This document shows, piece after piece, positions 50,940 to 62,013 of a DNA stretch of 64,000 nucleotides; position 1 is the stretch's first letter; each line of letters begins with the position of its first letter. The translations under genes were made by a program, and so were the position numbers. This DNA is from Escherichia coli. GTDB lineage: Bacteria; Pseudomonadota; Gammaproteobacteria; Enterobacterales; Enterobacteriaceae. The stretch lies in the NCBI RefSeq assembly GCF_003018255.1, contig NZ_CP027440.1; one strand, written 5' to 3'. Under the pieces are notes generated by a model that was not told where the DNA came from, ran no database searches, and saw nothing but the letters and a program-made list of their open reading frames with translations.

Positions 50940-51167
50940 TTACTGATCCAGTTCGACCATCTCTTTCACGTCGGTACGGTTGATCTGCTGTTTGTTGCCA
51001 TTAGCGTCTTTATACGAAATCATACCGGTATCGTTATCAGTCTGTGGTTTGCCGTCAGAGACGATGGTACGTCCGTCATTGGTGTGCATCACATAGTTCG
51101 AACCGGAACAGGCGCTCAGGGCAAAAGTCAGCATACAGGCAGAAATAATTGCGGCAGTCTTTTTCAT
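50940..51167 (-). CDS. ygdI: DUF903-family lipoprotein
   Basis: 75 aa, [22 protein letters not shown] (lipobox LSAC). Confidence 0.85.
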   Translation of the reverse strand: MKKTAAIISACMLTFALSACSGSNYVMHTNDGRTIVSDGKPQTDNDTGMISYKDANGNKQQINRTDVKEMVELDQ

Positions 51168-51358
51168 CATCTTCTCCTTAAAGCGATTAATAAATCTTAA
51201 TAGTATTGATTAACAGGCTAAAATTAACGCCTAACACTATTCAGCATATGTTACTGACGCGGCTTCGCCAGGATATCCAGATAATTCTGATGGTTAGCAC
51301 TCTCCTTGTATCAAAGTGAATTTTGCGTCACGATCGGTGCATCAAGCCGAGGAGTACC

Positions 51359-52564
51359 ATGAACGTTTTTAATCCCGCGCAGTTTCGCGCCCAGTTTCCC
51401 GCGCTACAGGATGCGGGCGTCTATCTCGACAGCGCCGCGACCACGCTTAAACCTGAAGCCGTGGTTGAAGCCACCCGACAGTTTTACAGCCTGAGCGCCG
51501 GAAACGTCCATCGCAGCCAGTTTGCCGAAGCCCAACGCCTGACCGCGCGTTATGAAGCTGCACGGGAGAAAGTGGCGCAATTACTGAATGCACCAGATGA
51601 CAAAACTATCGTCTGGACGCGCGGCACCACTGAATCCATCAACATGGTGGCGCAATGCTATGCGCGTCCGCATCTGCAACCGGGCGATGAGATTATTGTC
51701 AGCGTGGCAGAACACCACGCCAACCTCGTCCCCTGGCTGATGGTCGCCCAACAAACTGGAGCCAAAGTGGTGAAATTGCCGCTTAATGCGCAGCGACTGC
51801 CGGATGTCGATTTGTTGCCAGAACTGATCACACCTCGTAGTCGAATTCTTGCTCTGGGACAAATGTCGAACGTCACTGGCGGTTGCCCGGATCTGGCGCG
51901 AGCGATTACCTTTGCTCATTCAGCCGGGATGGTGGTGATGGTTGATGGTGCTCAGGGGGCGGTGCATTTCCCCGCGGATGTTCAGCAACTGGATATTGAT
52001 TTCTATGCTTTTTCAGGTCACAAACTGTATGGCCCGACAGGTATCGGCGTGCTGTATGGCAAATCAGAACTGCTGGAAGCGATGTCGCCCTGGCTGGGCG
52101 GCGGCAAAATGGTTCACGAAGTGAGTTTTGACGGCTTCACGACTCAATCTGCGCCGTGGAAACTGGAAGCTGGAACGCCAAATGTCGCTGGTGTCATAGG
52201 ATTAAGCGCGGCGCTGGAATGGCTGGCAGATTACGATATCAACCAGGCCGAAAGCTGGAGCCGTAGCTTAGCAACGCTGGCGGAAGATGCGCTGGCAAAA
52301 CGTCCTGGCTTCCGCTCATTTCGCTGCCAGGATTCCAGCCTGCTGGCCTTTGATTTTGCTGGCGTTCATCACAGCGATATGGTGACGCTGCTGGCGGAGT
52401 ACGGTATTGCCCTGCGGGCCGGGCAGCATTGCGCTCAGCCGCTACTGGCAGAATTAGGCGTAACCGGCACACTGCGCGCCTCATTTGCGCCATATAATAC
52501 AAAGAGTGATGTGGATGCGCTGGTGAATGCCGTTGACCGCGCGCTGGAATTATTGGTGGATTAA
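51359..52564 (+). CDS. csdA: Cysteine desulfurase (sulfur acceptor-dependent)
   Basis: ORF 51323..52564 trimmed to [32 protein letters not shown] (401 aa); PLP-dependent class V aminotransferase. Confidence 0.93.
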   Translation: MNVFNPAQFRAQFPALQDAGVYLDSAATTLKPEAVVEATRQFYSLSAGNVHRSQFAEAQRLTARYEAAREKVAQLLNAPDDKTIVWTRGTTESINMVAQCYARPHLQPGDEIIVSVAEHHANLVPWLMVAQQTGAKVVKLPLNAQRLPDVDLLPELITPRSRILALGQMSNVTGGCPDLARAITFAHSAGMVVMVDGAQGAVHFPADVQQLDIDFYAFSGHKLYGPTGIGVLYGKSELLEAMSPWLGGGKMVHEVSFDGFTTQSAPWKLEAGTPNVAGVIGLSAALEWLADYDINQAESWSRSLATLAEDALAKRPGFRSFRCQDSSLLAFDFAGVHHSDMVTLLAEYGIALRAGQHCAQPLLAELGVTGTLRASFAPYNTKSDVDALVNAVDRALELLVD

Positions 52565-53007
52565 TGACAAACCCGCAATTCGCCGGACATCCGTTCGGCA
52601 CAACCGTAACCGCAGAAACGTTACGCAATACCTTCGCACCGTTGACGCAATGGGAAGATAAATATCGCCAGTTGATCATGCTGGGGAAACAGCTTCCGGC
52701 TTTGCCAGAGGAGTTAAAAGCGCAGGCTAAAGAGATTGCCGGATGCGAAAACCGCGTCTGGCTGGGATATACAGTGGCTGAAAACGGCAAGATGCATTTC
52801 TTTGGCGACAGCGAAGGGCGCATTGTGCGCGGCCTGTTGGCGGTGTTGTTGACTGCCGTTGAGGGGAAAACCGCCGCCGAATTGCAGGCACAGTCGCCGC
52901 TGGCATTGTTTGATGAGCTGGGATTACGTGCGCAACTTAGCGCCTCACGCAGCCAGGGGTTGAATGCGTTAAGCGAGGCGATTATCGCTGCGGCGAAGCA
53001 GGTTTAA
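52564..53007 (+). CDS. csdE: Sulfur acceptor protein CsdE (SufE-like)
   Basis: 147 aa; start overlaps the csdA stop. Confidence 0.92.
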   Translation: MTNPQFAGHPFGTTVTAETLRNTFAPLTQWEDKYRQLIMLGKQLPALPEELKAQAKEIAGCENRVWLGYTVAENGKMHFFGDSEGRIVRGLLAVLLTAVEGKTAAELQAQSPLALFDELGLRAQLSASRSQGLNALSEAIIAAAKQV

Positions 53008-53057
53008 GCACAGAACCAGGTCGGATAAGACGTTCGCGTCGCATCCGACCTGATTGT

Positions 53058-53864
53058 TTACCCCTGACGCGCCGCTTTCGCCATCATCTTCTTCAGCGCA
53101 TGAGAAACCGCAACAAAGCCAAAAGTGGCGGTCACCATCGTCGCCGCGCCAAATCCTGAGGCACAATCCATCCGCTTTGGCCCTTCCGCCGTGGCTTTCA
53201 TCGCACAGACGGTGCCGTCTGACTGCGGGTACACCAGCGCTTCGGTAGAGAACACGCAATCCACGCCGAGCTTACCTTTACTGTTTTTCACTACGCCAAA
53301 ATCGCTTTTCAGGCGCTCGCGCAACTTCGCCGCCAACGGGTCCTGAATCGTTTTCGCCAGATCGGTAACCTGAATCTGCGTCGGGTCAATCTGCCCACCA
53401 GCGCCACCGGTCGTGACCAGCGGGATTTTATTGCGCCGACAATAAGCAATCAGCGCCGCTTTGGGCCGTACACTATCAATAGCATCAATCACGTACGAAT
53501 AACCGGCATTCATATATTGCGCTACGTTATCCGGCGTCACGAAGTCATCCACTACTGTTACACGGCACTCCGGGTTAATCTGGCGAATACGCTCCGCCAT
53601 TACTTCCGCTTTTGCCAGCCCGACGTTATCGCGCAGAGCGTGAATTTGCCGATTGGTATTGGTGACGCACACATCATCCATATCGATAAGCGTGATTGCG
53701 CCAATCCCCGTGCGCGCTAGCGCTTCCGCCGCCCAGGAACCGACACCACCGATACCAACCACACAAATATGCGCGTCAGCAAACAGTTGCAATGCTTTTT
53801 CACCATACAGACGCGCTGTGCCACCAAAACGCTGACGCCATGCATCACTAATTACCACAGACAT
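53058..53864 (-). CDS. tcdA: tRNA threonylcarbamoyladenosine dehydratase (E1-like, CsdL)
   Basis: 268 aa with ThiF/MoeB-type GxGxxG motif VVGIGGVGSWAAEALARTG. Confidence 0.92.
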   Translation of the reverse strand: MSVVISDAWRQRFGGTARLYGEKALQLFADAHICVVGIGGVGSWAAEALARTGIGAITLIDMDDVCVTNTNRQIHALRDNVGLAKAEVMAERIRQINPECRVTVVDDFVTPDNVAQYMNAGYSYVIDAIDSVRPKAALIAYCRRNKIPLVTTGGAGGQIDPTQIQVTDLAKTIQDPLAAKLRERLKSDFGVVKNSKGKLGVDCVFSTEALVYPQSDGTVCAMKATAEGPKRMDCASGFGAATMVTATFGFVAVSHALKKMMAKAARQG

Positions 53865-53940
53865 AGCACCTCAGAATTAAAAAGGGTGAGGTTACCCCTC
53901 ACCCTGTCATATCCGTAAAAACGGCATACAGAATATCACA

Positions 53941-55038
53941 TCAGCCGCTAAAGACGTTACCTGCGCCCGGGGCGGTTTTCAGCACCCAGACACGTCCATA
54001 GTGGTTGTACCAACCTGCGCGGTGTCCGGCTTCCGGCCCGATCCCTTGATAGATATCGAAGTGTTGGCCTTTGATTGCGCCACCGACATCCAGCGCCACC
54101 ATCAGACGCAATTCGTACTGACCGTTAAATTTGCCGTTATTATCCAGCAGCGGCACTTCTGCCAGCAAGGTAGTACCTGGCGGAATAATTGAACGATCGG
54201 AGGCAACAGAAGCACGGCCAACCAGCGGCACCGCACTTGCCCCTTTCACCGGTGCAAAAGATTGCGGTTTAAAGAAGACGAAAGACGGGTTCTGTTCCAG
54301 CAGCTCGCGAACCTCCGCTTCACTGTGTGTTTCGCCCCAGTGACGAATCGCCTGCATCGACATATCTTCTTTTTTCACTTCGCCACGGTCGATCAACACC
54401 TTACCAATGCTGCGATAGGCATGACCGTTTTTCCCTGCATAGCTGAAAAAGTTAAGCGGACTGCCATCACCAAAGTCGATATACCCGCTACCCTGCACAT
54501 CCATAATGAAGTTATCCATCAGGGAGTTACTGTAAGCGAGAATATATTTATCACTCAGCGCTCCTGCGTAGATCTCCGCACGAGACGGCAGACGACCACG
54601 TTTTGGCGGCATACGATAAATCGGATACTGGAACTCGCCCTGACGGGTATGGCGCGCCTGAATTACCGGCGTGTAATAGCCTGTAAACTGCACGTTACCA
54701 TAGTTGTCGACACCTTCCATCTGCCAGGCATCAATGCCGAACTGGCGCATATTGCGGGTATCACCGCCTGCGCGCAGCCACTCTTGCACCGCGTTATAAA
54801 CATTACTCTGGTTGCCATACAGACGCGGTGACGAATTACGGATATGGTTAATTTGCTCGGCAAAATCACCGGCATTAATCGGCGCGCCAACGGCATCTGG
54901 CTGGTTCACCAGAGAGAAAGGCTGGGTAAATTTCCCGTCTTTATATTGCTGTCCGCGATCGGTTGGTTTGGAAGAGCAGGCGGCAAGCATTGCCACAACC
55001 GTGCCCATAAGAAGGTACTTTACCCAACGTCCTTTCAT
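53941..55038 (-). CDS. mltA: Membrane-bound lytic murein transglycosylase A
   Basis: ORF 53941..55320 trimmed to MKGRWVKYLLMGTVVAMLAACSS (365 aa, lipobox); the upstream in-frame extension runs into the tRNA region and is rejected. Confidence 0.92.
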   Translation of the reverse strand: MKGRWVKYLLMGTVVAMLAACSSKPTDRGQQYKDGKFTQPFSLVNQPDAVGAPINAGDFAEQINHIRNSSPRLYGNQSNVYNAVQEWLRAGGDTRNMRQFGIDAWQMEGVDNYGNVQFTGYYTPVIQARHTRQGEFQYPIYRMPPKRGRLPSRAEIYAGALSDKYILAYSNSLMDNFIMDVQGSGYIDFGDGSPLNFFSYAGKNGHAYRSIGKVLIDRGEVKKEDMSMQAIRHWGETHSEAEVRELLEQNPSFVFFKPQSFAPVKGASAVPLVGRASVASDRSIIPPGTTLLAEVPLLDNNGKFNGQYELRLMVALDVGGAIKGQHFDIYQGIGPEAGHRAGWYNHYGRVWVLKTAPGAGNVFSG

Positions 55039-55246
55039 TGTTCTCTTCTTCAGGTTAAAAAATAAGGCGCAACGAAGATAACAAACCACCGCGTTTAATG
55101 AAATGAGCAGCCTCTCCCTGACGCAAATTTTGCACAAAAAATAGGCTTTAGTGATTTGTTTTTGTTCAAAATCATGCCGAATCCGTGATCGGGGTAAAAA
55201 AAAGGTTGCATGAAAACGCGAGCAGAGTATAGTGCGCATCCACGGA

Positions 55247-55323
<77 letters not shown>

Positions 55324-55356
55324 ATTAAAATTTGATGAAGTAAAGCAGTACGGTGA

Positions 55357-55433
<77 letters not shown>

Positions 55434-55466
55434 ATCAAAATTTGATGAAATAAAGCAGTACGGTGA

Positions 55467-55543
<77 letters not shown>

Positions 55544-55561
55544 ATTTATTAGAATGCTGAC

Positions 55562-55596
55562 AAACCGCAAAGCTACTATTGGCTTGCGGTTTTTTC
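55562..55596 (+). terminator. Rho-independent terminator of the metZWV operon
   Basis: Hairpin aaccgcaaagc...gcttgcggtt followed by tttttt. Confidence 0.7.
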
Positions 55597-56174
55597 GTTT
55601 TTACGCTTCCTTACCCGTTTCAGTGAAGCCTGAGACAATGAGTAAACCGTTAATATCCCTCCATCAAAGCCATCCATCTTATTTATATATTAAACATATA
55701 CCCCATTAATGAATTTTATATATTCTATAAATCAATTTATTTTGGTTATGTTAACATTTCAATATCACAACAGGGCGCTACGCTTATATAATCATTGTAC
55801 AAAAAGCACACAACTTTTTAATTAGTAGAAAAATTAATAATTTTTTGTGAAAGCCCGGACAATAAGTTTAATGAATATCTTAATAGGCTCTCATACTACC
55901 CAATTTCTTAAAAGTGCAAATTTGTGAAGCTTACCCTGTTATTATTTTAAGTTTCATGCCAAATTCTCTCACCAGATAATGCCACCCTCTCCCGAAAAAT
56001 AATCAAGAGGCCAAACAATATCTAAAATGATACAACTGTATCTATTCCCCTGAAAAATACATTATTCATTTGTATATTTTCCTCATCATTGCTTTTTATT
56101 TAAATCATCCGATAATCCCCTGAATATAATTATGTCAATAACCATCAGAAAAAGTGGATGATGAGGAAAAGGAT

Positions 56175-56675
56175 ATGGCCGACAGTTTCCAGAATGAAGT
56201 TCCCGCCGCTCGTGTAAATATCAAGCTTGATCTGCATACAGGCAATGCTAAAAAGAAAGTTGAACTCCCCCTCAAGCTTCTTGCCGTAGGCGATTACAGT
56301 AACGGAAAAGAGCAACGTCCGCTGTCCGAACGGGACAAGGTTGATATCAATAAAAACAACTTCAACAGCGTCATGGCTGAGTTTTCGCCTGCGGTTAATT
56401 TAACAGTAGAAGATACGCTAAACGGAAACGGTAATGAACAAAATATCGCGCTTGAATTTAAAAGCCTGAAGGATTTTGAACCCGAACAGGTAGCAAAAAA
56501 TATTCCGCAACTTCGTGTATTACTCGCTATGCGCAATTTACTACGTGACCTGAAATCCAATCTGCTGGATAACGCAACGTTTCGCCGTGAACTGGAAAAT
56601 ATCCTGAAAGACCCGACGCTCAGTTCAGAACTGCGTGATGAACTGGCGAAAATTGCGCCGCAGGAGAACGTTTAA
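56175..56675 (+). CDS. tssB: Type VI secretion contractile sheath small subunit TssB (VipA)
   Basis: ORF 56154..56675 trimmed to MADSFQNEVPAARVNIKLDLHTGNAKKKVELPLKLLAVGDYS (166 aa), the characteristic TssB N-terminus; RBS aggaaaagga ahead. Confidence 0.9.
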   Translation: MADSFQNEVPAARVNIKLDLHTGNAKKKVELPLKLLAVGDYSNGKEQRPLSERDKVDINKNNFNSVMAEFSPAVNLTVEDTLNGNGNEQNIALEFKSLKDFEPEQVAKNIPQLRVLLAMRNLLRDLKSNLLDNATFRRELENILKDPTLSSELRDELAKIAPQENV

Positions 56676-56733
56676 CCCGAACGCGTATTCAGGTTAAACC
56701 GGAGAAGAAAGGATCCCTAAAAAGGAAATGCTG

Positions 56734-58272
56734 ATGTCTGTACAACAAGAATATGCCACCTCTGAAACTGCAACACTCACCACCACTGAGTCCGGCGGCG
56801 TTTATCAGTCCCTGTTTGATAAAATTAATTTAACCCCGGTCTCTTCCATTCAGGAAATCGATTTATGGCAAAACAGCGAAACGCTGGCCGATGCTTCACC
56901 CGATGAGCGCGTGACGGCGGCGATCCACGTTCTGCTTTCCTGTCTGGCGAAATCAGGCGAGGACGTGGTTAAACTCGACAAGAGCCTGCTGGATTTTCAT
57001 ATCGACGATTTGGATCAGAAAATCAGTAAACAGCTTGATGCAGTCATGCACCATCCGGAATTCCAGAAAGTCGAGTCGCTCTGGCGCGGCACATGGTTCG
57101 TCGTACAGCGCACCGATTTTCGCAAAAATGTCAAAATTGAACTGCTGGATATCAGTAAAGAACATCTGCGGCAGGACTTTGATGATTCTCCGGAAATCAT
57201 TCAAAGTGGTTTATATCGCCATACATACATTCAGGAATATGATACGCCGGGTGGCGAACCTGTAGCCTCATTAATATCCAGCTATGAATTCGATAACAGC
57301 CCGCAGGATATTGCCCTGCTGCGTAATATTTCCAGAGTCTCTGCTGCATCACATATGCCCTTTATCGGTTCCGTCGGACCGAAGTTCTTCCTTAAAAACT
57401 CGATGGAAGAAGTCGCCGCAATTAAAGATATCGGCAACTATTTTGACCGCGCGGAATATATCAAATGGAAGTCGTTCCGCGATACCGACGACAGCCGCTA
57501 CGTGGGATTAGTGATGCCGCGCGTGCTGGGCCGTCTGCCCTATGGCCCGGACACGGTGCCGGTACGCAGCTTTAACTATGTGGAAGAGGTCAAAGGCCCG
57601 GATCACGAAAAGTACCTCTGGACAAACGCCTCGTTTGCCTTTGCCGCCAATATGGTGAAGAGTTTTGTGAATAATGGCTGGTGTGTGCAGATCCGTGGTC
57701 CGCAGGCGGGTGGCGCAGTAGCCGATCTGCCGATCCATCTTTACGATCTCGGCACCGGCAATCAGGTCAAAATTCCGTCCGAAGTGATGATCCCGGAAAC
57801 CCGCGAGTTTGAGTTCGCCAACCTTGGCTTTATCCCGCTCTCTTATTATAAGAATCGCGATTACGCCTGCTTCTTCTCAGCGAACTCTGCCCAGAAACCG
57901 GCGCTGTATGATACCGCTGACGCCACCGCCAACAGCCGTATCAACGCCCGTTTGCCCTATATCTTCCTGCTGTCCCGCATTGCTCACTACCTGAAAATCA
58001 TTCAGCGCGAGAATATCGGCACCACCAAAGACAGACGCGTGCTGGAACTGGAGCTGAACACCTGGATCCGCACGCTGGTGACGGAAATGACCGATCCGGG
58101 CGATGAACTTCAGGCTTCGCATCCACTGCGCGACGGGAAAGTTATCGTCGAGGACATAGAGGACAATCCGGGCTTTTTCCGCGTCAGACTCTTTGCCGTG
58201 CCGCATTTCCAGATCGAAGGGATGGACGTCAACCTTTCTCTGGTTTCCCAGATGCCAAAAGCAAAAGCCTGA
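56734..58272 (+). CDS. tssC: Type VI secretion contractile sheath large subunit TssC (VipB)
   Basis: About 512 aa from MSVQQEYATSE; size and position after tssB; the ATG at 56728 is an alternative start. Confidence 0.9.
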   Translation: MSVQQEYATSETATLTTTESGGVYQSLFDKINLTPVSSIQEIDLWQNSETLADASPDERVTAAIHVLLSCLAKSGEDVVKLDKSLLDFHIDDLDQKISKQLDAVMHHPEFQKVESLWRGTWFVVQRTDFRKNVKIELLDISKEHLRQDFDDSPEIIQSGLYRHTYIQEYDTPGGEPVASLISSYEFDNSPQDIALLRNISRVSAASHMPFIGSVGPKFFLKNSMEEVAAIKDIGNYFDRAEYIKWKSFRDTDDSRYVGLVMPRVLGRLPYGPDTVPVRSFNYVEEVKGPDHEKYLWTNASFAFAANMVKSFVNNGWCVQIRGPQAGGAVADLPIHLYDLGTGNQVKIPSEVMIPETREFEFANLGFIPLSYYKNRDYACFFSANSAQKPALYDTADATANSRINARLPYIFLLSRIAHYLKIIQRENIGTTKDRRVLELELNTWIRTLVTEMTDPGDELQASHPLRDGKVIVEDIEDNPGFFRVRLFAVPHFQIEGMDVNLSLVSQMPKAKA

Positions 58273-58291
58273 TCGGGCGGTGGTGTGATGT

Positions 58292-59629
58292 ATGAAAATT
58301 TGTCGACCACTGTGGGCTGAGGGGACATTCCTGTCTTCTCAGCAGTTTCAGCAGCAGGCCCGCTGGGAAGCGTTCAGCAATGACAGCATTGCGCAGCTTT
58401 GTATTCGCCATCCGTGGGGGATCTCAAACGTGCTCTTTGACCGGGATGCCCTGACGCTCGGAAAGCTGAAAACGCAGGCAGTACGCCTGCGTTTTGCTGA
58501 TGGTACGCTGATCGATTCAGACGTGGCGGATATTCTGCCGCCTGCCTGTGACCTGCGCACGCTGGAGGGCGGCAGCGCGATTGTTTTGCTGGCGCTGCCG
58601 CTTGCGCATGGTAACGGCGGTAATCTCGGTCAGGGCGAGCAGGCTGAAAGGCCGCTGCGCTATCGTCAGGAATGGCAAAAGGTGCAGGATATCTACGGCA
58701 GTGACAGTGAAGATATGGCCGTTGAGCGCCATGCACTGTCCCTGCGCTTTGCCCATGATAACAATCAGGATTACATCACCTGTCCGCTGGCGCGTCTGGT
58801 GCGGGATGTTCAGGGCAACTGGACGCAGGATGAGAGCTATATTCCGCCGTTACTGACGTTAAACGCCCATGACGGGCTGGTACAGCGCCTGGACACGCTG
58901 CTGTTGCAGCTACGGGCGAAGTGCCAGCGCCTGATGGCGATGCGCCGGGAAAGCAACCAGCGCATGGCGGACTTCGCCGTCGCCGATGTCTCTCTGTTCT
59001 GGCTGCTTAACGCCCTGAATTCCGCCGAGCCGGTGCTGAGCGATTTCCTGCGCTACCCGGCTGTCCACCCCGAACTGGTCTGGCGGGAGCTGGCGAGGCT
59101 TGCCGGTGCGCTGCTGACGTTTTCCCTTGAGCATAACGTCAGCGCCGTTCCGCCCTATGTCCACGAATCGCCGTCCACCGTCTTTCCGCCACTGTTCTCC
59201 CTGCTCAGCGAGCTGCTGGAAGCCAGCCTGCCGTCGCGGGTGATCGCGCTGGATCTGGCGTCCCTGCCGGGCAACCGCTGGAAAGCCGACCTGCACGATC
59301 CGCGCCTGCAGGAAGAAGCCGATTTTTACCTGTCCGTTCGTTCCTCACTGCCTGCGCATCAGGTACTGCACCAGCTACCGCTGGTCTGCAAAATCGGTGC
59401 GCCTGATGACGTCACGCTGCTTATCAACGTGGCGCTGAACGGTGTTCCACTGGTGCCACTCACCTCGGTTCCGGCGGCGCTGCCGCTGCGGCTGGAGAGC
59501 CAGTATTTTGCGCTGGATATGCACAGTGACGCGGCTAAATCGATGCTGGAGTCCGGGTGCTGCATGATTTATGCGCCGGGAACAATGGGCGACCTGAAAC
59601 CTGAACTGTTTGCGGTGCTGCGCTCATGA
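58292..59629 (+). CDS. tssK: Type VI secretion baseplate protein TssK
   Basis: 445 aa, MKICRPLWAEGTFLSSQQFQQQARWEAF, the TssK N-terminal signature. Confidence 0.88.
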   Translation: MKICRPLWAEGTFLSSQQFQQQARWEAFSNDSIAQLCIRHPWGISNVLFDRDALTLGKLKTQAVRLRFADGTLIDSDVADILPPACDLRTLEGGSAIVLLALPLAHGNGGNLGQGEQAERPLRYRQEWQKVQDIYGSDSEDMAVERHALSLRFAHDNNQDYITCPLARLVRDVQGNWTQDESYIPPLLTLNAHDGLVQRLDTLLLQLRAKCQRLMAMRRESNQRMADFAVADVSLFWLLNALNSAEPVLSDFLRYPAVHPELVWRELARLAGALLTFSLEHNVSAVPPYVHESPSTVFPPLFSLLSELLEASLPSRVIALDLASLPGNRWKADLHDPRLQEEADFYLSVRSSLPAHQVLHQLPLVCKIGAPDDVTLLINVALNGVPLVPLTSVPAALPLRLESQYFALDMHSDAAKSMLESGCCMIYAPGTMGDLKPELFAVLRS

Positions 59630-60291
59630 AAAAAGAGACGGATATCAATATCGACGTGCTGCTGCGCGACACGTTTCTGACGGTGGTGGAACTGCGTCAG
59701 GGAACCACCGTGCGTCACGGTATCGAGCTGTATCGCCACTGTCAGCGGCAGGTGGAACTGGTCCGCGAACGTCTGAAAGATGCCGGATTCAGTCGGGAGA
59801 ACGTGGAGCACATAACTTACGCGCAGTGCGCCCTGCTGGACGAAACGGTGCTCAGCCGTAGTGGCATGGACGACGGTCAGGCCATCTGGATGAAAAACCC
59901 ACTCCAGTCGCATTTCTTCAACACTCTGCAGGCAGGCGAGCTGCTGTACGAACGGATGAAGCAGGTGTTGCAGGAGCCCGCCCCCGCGCAGGCAGTGCTG
60001 ACCTGCTTTCACCGTGTCCTGCTGCTGGGATTTCGCGGGCGTTATCAGGATCCGGTGGCCCCGGAGCGTGACCAGCTTATTTCGACGCTCAACGGGCTGG
60101 TCGCGCCATTTGGCGTGCTGCCGGAAACGGCGGTACTGAACGTGCCGTTATCCCCCCGTCAGCATCCTTTGCTGCATTCGCCGTTTTTCTGGCTGGTAAC
60201 GCTGACGCTGCTACTGGCCGGTGTCTGGTGGGGACTGCACCACTGGCTGAACGTGCTGGTGGATGAATTGCTGCCGCAAAGCCTGCGGTAA
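59626..60291 (+). CDS. tssL: Type VI secretion membrane protein TssL (DotU family)
   Basis: 221 aa; ATGA overlap with the tssK stop; single C-terminal TM segment LHSPFFWLVTLTLLLAGVWWGL. Confidence 0.85.
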   Translation: MKKETDINIDVLLRDTFLTVVELRQGTTVRHGIELYRHCQRQVELVRERLKDAGFSRENVEHITYAQCALLDETVLSRSGMDDGQAIWMKNPLQSHFFNTLQAGELLYERMKQVLQEPAPAQAVLTCFHRVLLLGFRGRYQDPVAPERDQLISTLNGLVAPFGVLPETAVLNVPLSPRQHPLLHSPFFWLVTLTLLLAGVWWGLHHWLNVLVDELLPQSLR

Positions 60292-60303
60292 AGGGAGCCG
60301 TGA

Positions 60304-61956
60304 GTGAGGAACACGCTGAAACAGGCCATCGTGCTGTGGGGAATGGTGTTACTGCTGGTGCTGTGGTGGGTGTTTGTCAGTCCGTCTGGCGTACTGAGAT
60401 GGGCCGGTGCAGCAGTTATCGTTCTGGCGGTTGCCGCATTGTTGATTTACCGGCGCAGGCAGACGTGGACGGAGATGACCGGCGATGCCGGGTTGTTATC
60501 GCTGCCGCCGGAAACGTACCGACAACCGGTAGTGCTGGTCTGTGGCGATATGTCAGCGCATCTGTTCACTGACAGCCCGGTCCGGCAGGTTTCAGAAGGG
60601 CTGTATCTGCATGTTCCCGATGAAGAACAGCTTGTGGCGCAGGTGGAGCGATTACTGACCCTTCGCCCGGCGTGGGCATCGCAGCTTGCCGTGGCGTATA
60701 CCGTCATGCCCGGCATGTACCGGGATACGGCGGTTCTGACCGGACAACTGCGACGGTTCGCTCACAGTATGGCGATAGTGCGTCGCCGGGCGGGCGTAAA
60801 CGTACCCTGGCTTCTCTGGAGCGGGCTGTCCGGCTCGCCGTTGCCGGAGAGAGCGAATTCACCGTGGTTTATCTGTACCGGCGGCGAAGTTCAGGTAGCA
60901 ACATCCGCAGAGACCACCATGCCCGCGCAGTGGATTGCACAATCCGGCGCACAGGAACGCAGTCAGCGACTCTCTTATCTGCTGAAAGCCGAAAGCCTGA
61001 TGCAATGGCTGGATCTGAATGTGCTGGCGGAACTGAACGGCCCGGAGGCGAAATGTCCACCACTGGCGATGGCCGTGGGGCTGGTCCCCTCGTTGCCTGC
61101 GGTGGATAACAACCTATGGCAGTTGTGGATCACCGCCAGAACCGGCCTGACGCCGGATATCGCGGACACCGGCACAGACGATGCGCTGCCATTCCCGGAT
61201 GCCCTGTTACGGCGGTTGCCGCGTCAGTCGGGCTTTACCCCGCTGCGACGGGCCTGCGTGACCATGCTGGGCGTCACCACCGTGGCGGGTATCGCCGCGC
61301 TGTGCCTGTCAGCCACGGCAAATCGCCAGTTATTACGGCAGGTCGGTGACGATCTGCACCGGTTTTATGCCGTCCCGGTGGAGGAATTTATCACCAAAGC
61401 CCGTCACCTGTCGGTGCTGAAAGACGATGCGACCATGCTCGATGGGTATTACCGGGAAGGAGAACCACTGCGCCTCGGTCTGGGGTTATACCCCGGCGAA
61501 CGCATCCGCCAGCCGGTATTACGCACCATTCGCGACTGGCGTCCGCCTGAACAAAAAATGGAGGTGACGGCTTCGCTTCAGGTTCAGACCGTGCGTCTTG
61601 ACAGTATGTCGCTGTTTGACGTCGGACAGGCCCGCCTGAAAGACGGCTCGACAAAAGTGCTGGTGGACGCACTGGTGAACATCCGGGCAAAACCGGGCTG
61701 GCTGATCCTCGTGGCCGGATATACCGACGCCACCGGCGACGAAAAAAGCAATCAGCAGTTATCGCTGCGACGTGCCGAAGCGGTGCGTAACTGGATGCTG
61801 CAGACCAGCGACATCCCGGCCACCTGTTTTGCCGTACAGGGACTGGGTGAGAGCCAGCCTGCGGCGACCAACGATACGCCACTGGGCAGGGCAGTCAACC
61901 GGCGCGTCGAAATCAGTCTTGTTCCGCGTTCTGACGCCTGTCAGGACGTGAAATAA
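60304..61956 (+). CDS. TagL-like T6SS accessory membrane protein with C-terminal OmpA-type peptidoglycan-binding domain
   Basis: 550 aa; N-terminal TM helices (AIVLWGMVLLLVLWWVFV, AGAAVIVLAVAALLIY); C-terminal OmpA-like motifs GYTDATGDEKSNQQLSLRRAEAV and NRRVEISLV; coordinates taken from the ORF track. Confidence 0.75.
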   Translation: MRNTLKQAIVLWGMVLLLVLWWVFVSPSGVLRWAGAAVIVLAVAALLIYRRRQTWTEMTGDAGLLSLPPETYRQPVVLVCGDMSAHLFTDSPVRQVSEGLYLHVPDEEQLVAQVERLLTLRPAWASQLAVAYTVMPGMYRDTAVLTGQLRRFAHSMAIVRRRAGVNVPWLLWSGLSGSPLPERANSPWFICTGGEVQVATSAETTMPAQWIAQSGAQERSQRLSYLLKAESLMQWLDLNVLAELNGPEAKCPPLAMAVGLVPSLPAVDNNLWQLWITARTGLTPDIADTGTDDALPFPDALLRRLPRQSGFTPLRRACVTMLGVTTVAGIAALCLSATANRQLLRQVGDDLHRFYAVPVEEFITKARHLSVLKDDATMLDGYYREGEPLRLGLGLYPGERIRQPVLRTIRDWRPPEQKMEVTASLQVQTVRLDSMSLFDVGQARLKDGSTKVLVDALVNIRAKPGWLILVAGYTDATGDEKSNQQLSLRRAEAVRNWMLQTSDIPATCFAVQGLGESQPAATNDTPLGRAVNRRVEISLVPRSDACQDVK

Positions 61957-62013
61957 AACATACCGCCGGAAGAAGGCGGTGCTTCAATCACACTAACAAG
62001 GAGAGTAATTCTC

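Noticed and set aside
60300-60572. 90-aa ORF overlapping the start of the TagL-like gene, and a possible frameshift at the tssL/tagL junction
   Set aside because: My hand reading of the raw text around 60300-60305 and 60540 disagreed by one base with the ORF-track coordinates. The track gives a continuous 550-aa ORF, so I attribute this to my own reading error and treat the short overlapping ORF as spurious
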